Positions 25,658-38,900 of a stretch of DNA of 64,000 nt are shown here, piece by piece. Within the stretch, counting starts at the first letter, position 1; every line of letters starts with the position of its first letter. The notes beneath the pieces are model-generated. The model worked only from the letters and a program-made list of their open reading frames with translations, was not told the DNA's origin and made no database searches. Made by a program: the position numbers and the translations under genes. Origin of the DNA: Laetmonice hystrix (Eukaryota); the NCBI GenBank assembly GCA_965235115.1, contig OZ249451.1, positions 20,274,001 to 20,338,000 on the forward strand. Reading direction: 5' to 3'.

Positions 25658-28655
25658 CAGCAGTCCGAGCAGTCTGTCCCAGCAGTCTGTCCCAGCAGTC
25701 TGTCCCAGCAGTCCTAGCAGTCTGTCCCAGCAGTCTGTCCCAGCAGTCTGAGCAGTCTGTCCCAGCAGTCTGTCCCAGCAGTCTGTCCCAGCAGTCTGTC
25801 CGAGCAGTCTGTCCCAGCAGTCTGTCCGAGCAGTCTGTCCCAGCAGTCTGTCCCAGCAGTCTGTCCCAGCAGTCTGTCCCAGCAGTCTGTCCCAGCAGTC
25901 TGTCCCAGCAGTCTGTCCCAGCAGTCTGTCCCAGCAGTCTGTCCCAGCAGTCCTAGCAGTCTGTCCCAGCAGTCCCAGCAGTCTGTCCCAGCAGTCTGTC
26001 CCAGCAGTCTGTCCCAGCAGTCTGTCCCAGCAGTCTGTCCTAGCAGTCTGTCCCAGCAGTCCGAGCAGTCTGTCCCAGCAGTCCGAGCAGTCTGTCCCAG
26101 CAGTCCGAGCAGTCTGTCCCAGCAGTCTGTCCCAGCAGTCTGTCCCAGCAGTCCCAGCAGTCTGTCCCAGCAGTCTGTCCCAGCAGTCTGTCCCAGCAGT
26201 CTGTCCCAGCAGTCTGTCCCAGCTGTCTGTCCCAGCAGTCTGTCCCAGCAGTCTGTCCCAGCAGTCTGTCCCAGCAGTCCGAGCAGTCTGTCCCAGCAGT
26301 CTGTCCCAGCAGTCTGTCCCAGCAGTCCGAGCAGTCTGTCCCAGCAGTCTGTCCCAGCAGTCTGTCCCAGCAGTCTGTCCCAGCAGTCTGTCCCAGCAGT
26401 CTGTCCCAGCAGTCTGTCCCAGCAATCTGTCCCAGCAGTCTGTCCCAGCAGTCTGAGCAGTCTGTCCTAGCAGTCTGTCCCAGCAGTCCGAGCAGTCTGT
26501 CCCAGCAGTCTGTCCCAGCAGTCTGTCCCAGCAGTCTGTCCCAGCAGTCCGAGCAGTCTGTCCGAGCAGTCTGTCCCAGCAGTCTGTCCCAGCAATCTGT
26601 CCCAGCAGTCTGTCCCAGCAGTCTGAGCAGTCTGTCCTAGCAGTCTGTCCCAGCAGTCCGAGCAGTCTGTCCCAGCAGTCTGAGCAGTCTGTCCCAGCAG
26701 TCTGAGAAGTCTGTCCCAGCAGTCTGAGCAGTCTGTCCCAGCAGTCTGTCCCAGCAGTCTGTCCCAGCAGTCTGTCCCAGCAGTCCGAGCAGTCTGTCCC
26801 AGCAGTCTGTCCCAGCAGTCTGTCCCAGCAGTCTGTCCCAGCAGTCTGTCCCAGCAGTCTGTCCCAGCAGTCTGTCCTAGCAGTCTGTCCCAGCAGTCCC
26901 AGCAGTCTGTCCCAGCAGTCCCAGCAGTCCCAGCAGTCTGTCCCAGCAGTCTGTCCCAGCAGTCCCAGCAGTCTGTCCCAGCAGTCTGTCCCAGCAGTCC
27001 GAGCAGTCCCAGCAGTCTGTCCCAGCAGTCTGTCACAGCAGTCTGTCCCAGCAGTCTGTCCGAGCAGTCTGTCCCAGCAGTCTGTCCGAGCAGTCTGTCC
27101 CGGCAGTCTGTCCCAGCAGTCTGTCCCAGCAGTCTGTCCCAGCAGTCTGTCCCAGCAGTCTGTCCCAGCAGTCTGTCCCAGCAGTCTGTCCCAGCAGTCC
27201 CAGCAGTCTGTCCCAGCAGTCTGTCCCAGCAGTCCCAGCAGTCTGTCCCAGCAGTCCCAGCAGTCTGTCCCAGCAGTCTGTCCCAGCAGTCTGTCCCAGC
27301 AGTCTGTCCCAGCAGTCTGTCCCAGCAGTCTGTCACAGCAGTCTGTCCCAGCAGTCTGTCCCAGCAGTCTGTCCCAGCAGTCTGTCCCAGCAGTCTGTCC
27401 CAGCAGTCTCTCCCAGCAGTCTGTCCCAGCAGTCTGTCCCAGCAGTCTGTCCCAGCAGTCCGAGCAGTCTGTCCCAGCAGTCTGTCCCAGCAGTCTGTCC
27501 CAGCAGTCCGAGCAGTCTGTCCCAGCAGTCCGAGCAGTCTGTCCCAGCAGTCCGAGCAGTCTGTCCCAGCAGTCTGAGCAGTCTGTCCCAGCAGTCCGAG
27601 CAGTCTGTCGCAGTCCGAGCAGTCTGTCCCAGCAGTCTGTCCCAGCAGTCTGTCCCAGCAGTCTGTCCCAGCAGTCTGTCCCAGCAGTCTGTCCCAGCAG
27701 TCTGTCCCAGCAGTCTGTCCGAGCAGTCTGTCCGAGCAGTCTGTCCCAGCAGTCTGTCCCAGCAGTCTGTCCCAGCAGTCTGTCCCAGCAGTCTGTCCGA
27801 GCAGTCTGTCCCAGCAGTCTGTCCCAGCAGTCTGTCCGAGCAGTCTGTCCCAGCAGTCTGTCCCAGCAGTCTGTCCGAGCAGTCTGTCCCAGCAGTCTGT
27901 CCCAGCAGTCTGTCCCAGCAGTCTGTCCCAGCAGTCTGTCCCAGCAGTCTGTCCCAGCAGTCTGTCCCAGCAGTCTGTCCGAGCAGTCTGTCCCAGCAGT
28001 CTGTCCGAGCAGTCTGTCCCAGCAGTCTGTCCCAGCAGTCTGTCCCAGCAGTCTGTCCCAGCAGTCTGTCCCAGCAGTCTGTCCCAGCAGTCTGTCCCAG
28101 CAGTCTGTCCCAGCAGTCTGTCCCAGCAGTCTGTCCCAGCAGTCTGTCCCAGCAGTCTGTCCCAGCAGTCTGTCCCAGCAGTCTGTCCCAGCAGTCCCAG
28201 CAGTCTGTCCCAGCAGTCTGTCCGAGCAGTCTGTCCGAGCAGTCCCAGCAGTCTGTCCCAGCAGTCTGTCCCAGCAGTCTGTCCCAGCAGTCTGTCTGAG
28301 CAGTCTGTCCCAGCAGTCTGTCCGAGCAGTCTGTCCCAGCAGTCTGTCCCAGCAGTCTGTCCCAGCAGTCTGTCCCAGCAGTCTGTCCCAGCAGTCTGTC
28401 CGAGCAGTCCCAGCAGTCTGTCCCAGCAGTCTGTCCCAGCAGTCTGTCCGAGCAGTCTGTCCCAGCAGTCTGTCCCAGCAGTCTGTCCCAGCAGTCTGTC
28501 CCAGCAGTCTGTCCCAGCAGTCTGTCCCAGCAGTCTGTCCCAGCAGTCTGTCCCAGCAGTCTGACCCAGCAGTCTGTCCCAGCAGTCCCAGCAGTCTGTC
28601 CCAGCAGTCTGTCCCAGCAGTCCCAGCAGTCCCAGCAGTCTGTCCCAGCAGTCTG
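25658..28655 (+). repeat. 13-bp satellite array, ~3 kb
   Basis: Unit cagcagtctgtcc with 9-bp (cagcagtcc) and gag/tag variants; source of the 1017, 741 and 474 aa pseudo-ORFs. Confidence 0.98.
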
Positions 28656-29346
28656 ACCGCCCACTTGCCCACAATTGACCGACCGGGACCAAGTTCCAGT
28701 GTCGGTTTCCTTCTGTCTGCCTCCAGTTCCGTTTACGTTAATCTCTATTTTATACAAACCGTTGTTTTCTTGTACCCCAGTTGTTATGGCCCTGAGCGGG
28801 GGGTTTTCTCTCCAATGTTGGTTGTGTTTTGTGTGTGTGTGTTGTTAACTTAGCACCCGATAGCGTGGACTGACACCGAATCTGACGCCGGACGACGGGC
28901 ACCTGCTCGCCGACAATATTCCGGTGTGTGATAAATGGCGGACGGTCAAACATTCGTGATGAAATACAAGTCACAGACACTCCCATGATTGCACCCAGAC
29001 CTGTTCTGCCATTTCGAGTAGCTCTCAGCAGAATACTCAGAGATCGGAATAAGATACAACTAGAAACACTCTAGGAGATCAATCGAAACATACAACTTAT
29101 TTTTTCCCCGACTCGCCTTCGACATCAAAGTCTCTGGGGGGTGTACTCAAAAAATAAAAATCCGAGCACGCCAAGAAACATCTTTCATTCAATTTTCCTG
29201 ATACATAGCAGATGTCGCAGTAATATTATATATAACGGTCCGTATATAACCAAATAAATGCCGACTATATATAGACTGAACCCCCAGTGTGCTGACTGGG
29301 TGCATGTCTGGTTTTAATGCCCATGTTTCGATGTCGGTACGCGCCA

Positions 29347-29380
29347 TGACCCCGTGACCTTTGCCATCTGACCTCTGTCA
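29347..29380 (-). promoter_or_regulatory. DR2 plus DR8 nuclear-receptor half-site triplet with adjacent Meis site
   Basis: + strand TGACCC cg TGACCT ttgccatc TGACCT, then CTGTCA (TGACAG on the - strand). Confidence 0.4.
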
Positions 29381-30311
29381 ATATGTAAGACGCTTACAAA
29401 ACGATGTCTAGAAGTTCTAACTTACTGCTACTCAATGAATCAGGAGCATGCATGTCTCATTTCTAGGAAAATCTACAAATATGTATTTTATGTACTGATT
29501 AGCGACTCTGAATTCGTTAAAAGTCGATGGTAGTGCTCCATGAACCTCGACTGTCAACGAAGCCAGCCGACCTAGCACTCAGCAAACATCATCGTATACA
29601 GGCTCTTCAATCTTCTAAACTTCTTATGATACCCTTGTGTATCAAACACTAGTAATATCGAAGTAATTGTTCCATACAAGTTTCTGATTTTTGTACTAAA
29701 ACTGTAGAATTTCGTTGCTTTCCTGGCGGGACCCGCCGCGCGCTACAGTTTTGTCCATCGTCAAAATCCAACTCTCGCAGTTTTTTGCGCGTATTTTTTG
29801 CGGGAAAACGACGTCACAGATTTACAGACGACATCAGCACGTTATTTTCTAACGTCACACTTTATATTCTCCTCCATCCTGCTGGATTGAGGTGCCTACT
29901 TCAGTAAACTAGTTGATTCCTCCCTAGCATCCCAACCACCGCACTTGCCGACGCCTCAGCTTGGCCACCTAATCCCAAACAACCCCCACACGTACAAGGG
30001 ACGATTTCATCATGCCTTCAAGAATCTTAAAAGGATTTTGTGGCGGTGTGCTGTTACATCTGGGTAGCTTAACGTACCAGAGTGCGATGCAGTGTACCGA
30101 GCCAGTTGACTGCTAAAGAGATATGAAAGGCCTCCCAAACGGTAACATATCGGGAACGCCTTTTGGAGGATTTGATGGCGTGTCACAGAGTTTACAGCTT
30201 CCATATCGAAACCAGCCCTCCCTTGTCGCATGCCTTGTATGGTTTGATACTAAAGTCGTGGCTTTCTACCGGTTTGTGTTAGCCATGGTGACAAAGAGCG
30301 TCTCATCAGAA

Positions 30312-30328
30312 AGGTCAATGTGAGGTCA
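30312..30328 (+). promoter_or_regulatory. perfect DR5 nuclear-receptor element (RARE-type)
   Basis: AGGTCA atgtg AGGTCA. Confidence 0.5.
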
Positions 30329-31184
30329 CACTCGGATGGAGAAATTCGGTTCTTTCATCGCGGGGATAGAGAAACGTTTTTCTACAACAAGCCATGACTC
30401 TAAGTCTAACAAACGCAATCTATCCCAACGTTTTATCTTCATACTCATATCTGCACCATAACATTAATATAACTAATTCGCCGACTGCATTTGGCACTAT
30501 TCGAGGTCATTTGTGGAAACTATGACAGGAAAGGAAACGAATGCAGCATTGGCTTCATCATTGTCAACATTTATCGGCCGAGTAATGATATATTACTATA
30601 AGACTCATTATTTGTAGGAATAATGCCTTTCGACCCCAAGCTACATTGATGCCATTAATTTCCCAATGGGCCTGTCCGAAGGTCTAACATCTCTGAGGAA
30701 GACCCGTGTCCTCATGCAAGCAACAAGAAAGGTTTCAGGCAACAACACCAACCAGAGCGACATCGCTATCACTCGAGATACCATCTCCTCGCGTTCATGG
30801 AGAGGCAATAAATGGCTGAAATAGAGAGGGGAGGAGAAAAAAATCGAGATTTGTGGGTGACGTTATTGACTGTGGAGGTTAGAGTGGCAGGTTGGCGTGG
30901 GGGAGGACTTGGGTGGGATTCGGTGGTGTCGGGCCAGAGGAGGGCAGTTATTTGTCCCTCGTACGTGAGGCCTGGATGGTTATCACGGCGACATGGGCGT
31001 GGACTTGCTCCAGCAAATGGCCCCGTCAAGTTTAATCTGGCAGGCCGGTCGGTGCCAGTCAATGCGAGAGTCAGCAAACGGTGCTCGATGGACGGGTCGG
31101 GCCGGCCGACCTGATGGCTGCGATAAGTCCTCGTTCGACCCGAGGAGCACGGTGTTTGCAGTCTGATTCCTAGTCCAAATATTT

Positions 31185-31209
31185 CCCTCTCTCTCTCTCT
31201 CTCTCTCTC
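31185..31209 (+). repeat. (CT)n microsatellite
   Basis: ctctctctct run. Confidence 0.9.
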
Positions 31210-34200
31210 ACCTTCTCCGCCTTGTCTGGTACTGAGAGGACAGCTATTGGCGTGTTTAAACCCGGAATTAAAGCGGGCAGGGCTTTGGTCCGGTGTGACC
31301 GACCTGTGCGGAACTTTCTGAGGGAAGGATTTGGTGGAGAAAAGGGGCCTTTTGACGGATCCGATATCTTGGTGGTACATTCGGAAGTGGGGCCTTTCAA
31401 TCGGGACGGGAACCGGGGGGATCGTGATCAGTAACAGTCAGCTATGCATATTTATGAGAGTTGTGGGGTTGCAGGGGAGTGTTTGCAAGTCGGTATCAGG
31501 TTTACTTTGACTATCTTGGAGCTTTGCCCTCCTTTCGTCCTCCTTTCGTCCTCCTTTCGCCCTCCTTTCCTGGGCTCCTTGAGGAGAACTGCTCGGGGCC
31601 TTTGAGCGCATCGATTTGGGTTTATCTTTGATTGCATTGGGGTTCTCGGGCCTTGAGGAACGCTCCTCGGGGTCAGTAGGCGGGGCGAGGCGCGGGTTGG
31701 GGAGGGGGGTTGGGGTTTGAGGGAGACGGGTTGTGACGGGAGGGAGGAACCCCAGGTTCCGGGGTACGGGTCACAGTACCCCCGGCTCCGGCGGCGTCGG
31801 TCTGCCCAGGGACTGGTGGCTAGGTCAACAGCCGGCCGCTCAGCTCAACCCCCCTCCCCCTTCCCTTACCCCCTCCCCCCAGCCGAGCTCATGGTTGGCG
31901 CTCACGTAATCCCACCACCGAGCTGCACGATGCTCCTGGCCACTGATGCTGGAACCATCGACCCTGCGGCTTAATATGAAAGGCCCTAGCCGATTGGGAT
32001 TAACGCGATGGCCGGGGTCGGTGCTGAGGAATTGCCTTGCACCGGCTTGAACCCCCTCACCACAACCCCCCCCCCCCACCCGATTCTCTCTCAGTCTCCC
32101 GCTGCAGAGCAATGGTGAAGGGGTTTAGGGTACGGGGCTCCTGGGCCGCCTGGGGCGAGGTGAGGGGTCGACTTTTATAGCTCGGCCACAAATCACATTT
32201 TGCACCACGTTGCACCATGTGTAATAGACTGAGGTTGGGGGAACACCCGCGTGACAGCAGGGAGGGGGTGGAGAAACTGGGTGGTGGGGGTGGACGGAGA
32301 GGGGTTCGGTGTATGATGAGGGGTGTTTTGGTACTTCGTGAGCGTTGACTTTCTATTTGCTCGCTGTGATATGTCATGTTCATTTCATGTTCTGAAAATA
32401 TTTACTTTTTCAGCAACAAAAAAACAACCAAAAATCCCCCCAAAACATGCCGATAAGGAACGACTTGTCGGCCCAAGAAGAACGATGCATTTGTTTATGA
32501 GTGAGAGGCAGAAACAGATTTTGTAGAAAACATTTCAGTAAAGTTTTTATTCGTTGCGTCAGTGAAAGGATATACTATATTATGTCCTTTCTGATTCTAC
32601 ACTTGATACTTTAGCCCTGGAATACAACAACTAGAGTTCTGAGTGAACTGTTCATGTTGGGATGACGCAGACAGAAATTATTTTAAACTCCCCTGCATGC
32701 GTGTAGTTCTTTATAAAAAAAAAGTATTTTAAAAAAGTGCAAGCCCTGAGCACTGGCAGTAGCTAGGTTAGCATCAGCGACTTGTCATCAAACAAATTGA
32801 CGTTCACGTCATATCTCTGTCGGCGGTTCTAACAACGAATAAACTCTTCCGTCGCCAACGACAACCGGAAACGCGTTTCAAGTTGGTTTTCTCGCAGGAT
32901 CTCGCCGTCGGCGGGTTTTCCGCCTACACCCTGCCAGATCTCCCATGCCCTGTCTTTTTTTTTCTTTGGTATCTACCAGCAATTGGCAGTCGTAATAAGA
33001 GTGCCGCTTACCCCTCGACAGAGGATCGCTCGATCATTTTGATATAACGAAATACATGTGTTAGGAATCTGTGGTAGGGCAAGGTACTGAGTTCGTCTGC
33101 CAACCAACTGACGTGAAAATATAGACATGTCTCGCTGCGTATTTTGTATGAGTGAAACGCCAGTTATTACCAGTCCAAGATTATCATTTAAATAGATCGT
33201 GGCCGTTTGGACATTGAGTCAGGTGACAAAGATATGTCTTGTGTGATGCGAACGAAATAAAAATTGTGGTACGGTTTGTGTGCTTTCTGCGAAAAACAAA
33301 CAAAACTATGAAACGTTTACTTAATTTCAATGTAGTTTTCTGTAAGTCGGCATTGTATTATCTGTTATTTGGGGCTGGAGGTTAAGAAGTTAATGTAATA
33401 GCTTATCCAATGTGACTTATCCCAAACCACTCATTGTTGAAACTATTATTTCCGTGCAATGTGCGAACATAGTTTCCCTGAAAACAGAACTGCGTCCCCT
33501 CCCCGTCCTGGGTGAGGGGGTTTAGTCGGGTTGGAGGTCATCCTGGTCAGGGTAGAGTTCCGTTGTCGTTCACGATCAGTTATCCCTTCACATGTTGACC
33601 TCAGGTCACTTTGAAATCCGTTTGACTGACAGCGTCTACGAACGGAACTCCCATAATTTTCCGTATGGACATTTCGCCTCAAAGTCTTCTTTCTGTCTAC
33701 ACAGTCGTCATGGCTCTTCCCTCCTCTCACAGAACATTAAACACCCCTCTGTTCTTACAACCCCTAGCTTCAACCCCTCCCCCTTCACCGCAGAAAGTCA
33801 AAGCGGGGCCTTTTCTCTAGTTAGATAAAGACATGCTCCTGGGATTACAACACGATTGATCAGAAGAGTTGGGTTTAAGAAAGAGGAACATTTCGGACTA
33901 ATTGGGCGCTGTTTGAGCTCGATCTGTTGAAAGAGCTCCCTGGTTGATTCCTCAAGAGGAAATACCTCGGAACTGGCGGCAATGTGAGGTCCCAGCGAGA
34001 CAAGCGAGTCAAAGTGTGCGTTCGCTTCTGTCTGCTCCTATTTATCAATGTCTTAAACACCATGCTTGTTAGCTTAATTCTACGTCGTTTCTACTTCGTC
34101 ATCGGTTTGTGTTCCCAACAAACGAATTGCTCAAAAAGTTTGTCTTGCCATGTAGAGAGGTATATCTCAGATGAAGCAAACTTAGCCCGACCATGTACCA

Positions 34201-35717
34201 GTTCAAACTCCCTCCCATGAACGGATTTGGTATAAGCAATCCCGCACTGAATAAATTGCCCTCTTTTTCCCCCATCACCTTGGCAACAGGAATGGTCTTA
34301 TAATGGCCACACATGGCGAGCGGATACACTGTGCCAATCGTCGTGCGGATGTGTTACCTTCGTGTTGGGATCCGTGTTCGGGGCAGTTCCTACCAGTGAT
34401 CATGGCAAGGACTTCGGTCATGTACAGTCTACAGTCAGAGCAACCAGCGATTTGGTTCGCTGACATAGTTCGTTGACGGAATGAGAGATAATCATAACAA
34501 TGAATGAGATAGAAACGAATCGGAGATAACAATTTCATTGAGAATCTTCGTTTGTTATCGTCTATGTACGGTCCAATGTTCAAATACGAACAATGTTGGG
34601 AGGCTCCGAACAAAAGAACCCTAAATGAGAAACTTCTCTCTCTCTCTACTGTTCACATCATAAAACAATCGAACTTGTTTAACGAATAATTAAGTCATTC
34701 TCACCTTCGTAAACCTCAGGTGATTGTTCCATCCGGTCATTCCTTGCTGGATGTTTAGGATGTTGATAGCACAATAACTTTGTCAACAGTTCACCGATTT
34801 TTACAAACACTGATTTCGCCACGCGTGTATTCTTGTCGAGAGAAAGCCCGTTTCTGTCGGTCTTGGTTTGTGGCTGGAATCTTTGACCAGGAGGTTGTGG
34901 TAGACTATAGCCATGTGGGCTCAGTGGGTGGAGAGTGTAGCGTTAGTGTAAAGGTGACTAAAGATGAAACAGGCCCGGGGCAGGTGTACGGGCCATCTGC
35001 CCCAACCTACGGCCAACCACGGGTTTGTATTCGGACATGCCATCAAAATCTGGGCCTGCTTCGATAGACCACAGAACGTGGGTGTTATCTCAGGCATTAT
35101 GGGATAGTAGCGGTCGGTACTAAGTCTTGTTTTGACATTTATTGTGCAAGTAAACGACCTAGGCCACGAGTTGTCCTCACTGACACGACCTAGTTTCAGC
35201 GAAGTGCAGCGCACGGCTTTATTCATTATTTACACTCAGACCAGCGGCTTGGTGGGTAGGGGTCCGTTTCGCTGTCCAAGAGTTGGTTTGGGATATCCCG
35301 GGCGCTATTTGTCCGCCCGGTGGCTGGTTTTAGTGTCCGAGTGCGTTACATTTGGGGGTGATCATCCGCGGGTGGGGTTGGGGGTGGGGGTGGGGGGCGT
35401 GGGTGTGGGGGTGTACGTCACGTTACGCCACTGAAGCTGAAGCTGCACTCAGGCTGGACGTTGGACTCCGCCCCCCCCCCGACACTGGCCGAGATAGAGG
35501 CCAGGCTGTTACACACACTGTGTACCATGCTGCGATTTGGTGTGCAAGGACGTTGGGTCCAGGAGCGAGAGGGAATTGTTTCCCTTATCAAAACAAAACA
35601 AAAAACAAACAAAAAACACACAAAAAACAAACAAACAAAAAAAACCAAATGACAAAGAGAAGTCACATATTGCCCCCTCCCCTCCAATCTTCTGACGTCC
35701 ATTATACGTATTTATAT

Positions 35718-35975
35718 TTGGGTATTTGGGGTTTTACGCCTTGCAACAGTCAGGGTCATATCACGGCGGTGAAGATGATGATGAAAGTCAGTTTTTCTTG
35801 GTGGAGGAAACCGGAGTACCCGGAGGAAACCACCGACCATCGGGAAGGAACTGACTGACAAACCTTTCACACATGCAGCCCAGGCCGGGGATCGAACCCG
35901 GATCGCAGCGGTGTGAGGCGATGGTCCTAGGTGTCATGAGCCAACACCTTAGACCATTCGGCCACCCGAGGCCCC
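35718..35975 (-). mobile_element. full-length tRNA-derived SINE with V-domain-like core and 15-bp TSD
   Basis: On the - strand: A box TGGCCGAATGG (35954-35964), B box GGTTCGATCCC (35888-35898), core GGTTTCCTCCGGGTACTCCGGTTTCCTCCACC (35800-35831) resembling the V-SINE conserved domain, and a short CCCAAATA-repeat tail. Flanked by identical tatacgtatttatat at 35703-35717 and 35976-35990. Confidence 0.9.
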
Positions 35976-38900
35976 TATACGTATTTATATAATATTGTAT
36001 TGTGAATTTAAACACGCTGTCATAAACTATTCGGAATATAGTGGAATAGCTACTGCTAGATCTCACATATACTAGTGTTGGATTTCAACTATTCAAATGT
36101 GTGTATTTTCTTCAAAATAGTTAGATTTTTTCAAATAAAGAAAAATAAGTGGTTCTCTTTTTTTTTGGGGGGGGGGGTTGTTTTTTAGGTAAGAAATTTG
36201 ATTTGACCTCATTATCCGTATTAATGTTTTTATTTCAATCTATATTTCAGACAAGTTAACAATTGCCTCTTCTGGGGACGAGAAGCCGAAAAGTCAGTTA
36301 TGAAATCATTTGCGCCTCAAAATATCTGAGCGCTTCAGCATCTGCATTGCCTATAGAAGGCAACCCACTCGGGAATATGTGTATTATACGCGTTTTCCAA
36401 TGCATTCCCTCAGCAACTGAAAGAAACCTTTCTTGATTTCAATCCCATAGCTGCTATCACCACTTGATCTCACTTGAAGCGCCAAGGAAAAAGAAGCGGT
36501 CCTATTTAGCCGCCTTGTTTGACACCTCCTCCCTAGCGTGTCTTGTCAAAGGCTCTACGCAAGTCTAGGTATAAAACGTCTTGGCAGACCGTATTCAGTC
36601 CGCCTAGCGTGATCAACGTGTTCCATTCGGCGGGAAATCTCTGCGGACCAAACGCTCGGTAGCCGAGTCCTGGCAGAGACAGGCTTGAAGAGAAGGGCTT
36701 ACATTGCCTACATCAGATAGCTGGCTATGAATACCCCCTCCTTCTCAATGAGACCATTGAACCGGCATGAATCCCCCCTCCCCCTCCCCTCCACCGTCCC
36801 CCACACCGCGCCCGCCACACCCAGTGTATATTATTAGTACGTGTTGAAGATTTCAAGTCCTGCAGGGTATCCGCTCCCATATAAAACCTAAGGTGTCTGC
36901 CGTCTCGGCCCTTTCCTACTCTTGACCCTTCCCTCACACTCCTTTACCCCGACAATCAACACCTCCCAGTCGCCCACACTCCCTTTTTGGAACAACACAC
37001 AATGGACAAGGCCAATAAAAACGCGCCTTGCCGCGGGAAGCAGCGGGGCCAATTGGTTTATGATCCGAACGGCCGACCTTTTTAAAGGTTAGCGGCCAAT
37101 ATAGCTCAAATTGACCCCGCCGACTAGAGTCCCGTCGGCAAGGTCTGAACTGAATTGAAGTTTATATGTAAAGACATATGTGGGTTGAGGGATAACTTGG
37201 CAACTTGGCAGACCGATATAGACTGATGCACAGTTGGGTGGAGATGTGAAAGCGAATGTAATATAAGAGTTGGTCATAAATAAAAACTTTCAGTTGTTGA
37301 CATCAGTAGAAGTCTGTCTAGGTTTACAAGACTTATTTACTTATGTTTTTTGTGAGCACATTATGTCTGTAGATATACAGTGTTTTGAAGTCGACTAGTC
37401 GACTTTAAATTAAAGTATGTCTTCATTTGATGCATATTATGATCGTGTCCCAATAGTAAACGCAGATTATTATATTCAGTTTCCGCCTCTCGTACTTCTA
37501 CATAAGAAAAGAGTATATTCGATCATACGTCTCCAGTGTTTAAGATATTCCACTTATCGCATGTGGGGCATTGGTCATTGATAGATACTATATAGATAAA
37601 GTCGCAACAGGTTATACGTGAGACTATCACTGAACACCCTCAAGGCCGGCTCGGTTCCTGGCATGATAATGTCATATATTACAACACCACTCGGCCACTT
37701 TGACACCTCTAGCACCAGAACACTTGTCTCTTCCCCTCCTTGCCTTGTATCTTGTCAAGGCTGTGTCAATACGCCTCAGCTAGTCAAACACAGTCTCTCG
37801 TGGGGTCATGGTAGACGGGTCAGAATTCGCTCCCGAGTGGCACTTGTCTCAAAGAAAAGGACATGAACATGAGAGGTCCAAAGAAGACGCCGACAAACTT
37901 CACACGGGTGCCGACAGTACGTTAAAGAAGCAGCGGACCCTTGAGACAAGAGACCGACACCTAATTACAGCACTAATCGGATTTTCAGTGCGTCGGCAGG
38001 TGCTGTGAAGTGTTCCTAGACCGGACCAGAGCAGGGAAGGTGTCGGGTTGGTGTATGGGTGGTGTGGTTGGGGTGGGGTGTGGGTGTTGTCCCAATCAAA
38101 CATTTGGTCTCTGGACTCGGCCAGACGGGGGAACACTGGCCGGGTAAACTACCAGCACAATTTCTGTTTGGTGGGGTGGCGGGGAAGGGGGGCACGTGCG
38201 GCTATACATGGGGAATACCCTGTACTCCATGCCCTTTCCTAGAACAGTTCATGAAGAAAAACTCCCCTTCATTATTATCTTCCTATGATTCCCCACATTT
38301 GCCTCTGAAAAAGCACCACATGACTTTAGCATTGTTTTCACTATAGTAATAAACGCATTGTTATATTTTACCCTCCTAACTGTCTATAGCAGCTACATTT
38401 TCTAACAGGGTTTCCTATAAGATATCAGATGGTAATAATGTTACTGCTTTAAATCGACATGAATGTATTGCATTGGTTAAAAAATTATATGCACAATTAT
38501 TCAACTGAAATATCAGGGTATTTTATTTATAATATAAAATATGGGGAAGAAAATAAAAAGTACAACCGTATAGAATAAGAGGAAGCCGAACACAGCCAGT
38601 GCCATCAAACTCTGTGGCTTCCATAGAATGTCCCTTGCAGTAACTGACCACAGGACCCTGGGTACCTGTTGATTGATTCCCTCCCCACCGGCCCAGAGAG
38701 AAGACAGCCAGGAAGGCAGGGCGGTCCATTGTCCACGTGACAAGACAATTGGAGGGACTGTGGCAGACGATGGCGTGAAATGACGGGACGAACAATGGGT
38801 TCATATGGGCGAGGTGTTGGTCAGTAAAACGGTGATAATCGGGCGGTCAGTCGGACAGACGGACGTGAGAGATAGACGGACAGACGGACGTGACAGATAG

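Noticed and set aside
25619-28757. 1017, 741 and 474 aa Cys/Trp-rich ORFs (GQTAGTDCWDRLL)n
   Set aside because: All three minus frames of a stop-free 13-bp satellite; no unique coding sequence or codon constraint.
30769-31380. 203-aa minus-strand ORF
   Set aside because: GC-rich island plus a (CT)n tract giving ERERER; no recognisable domain.
35880-35975. tRNA gene
   Set aside because: The A/B boxes belong to a SINE head followed by core, tail and TSD; no full cloverleaf.
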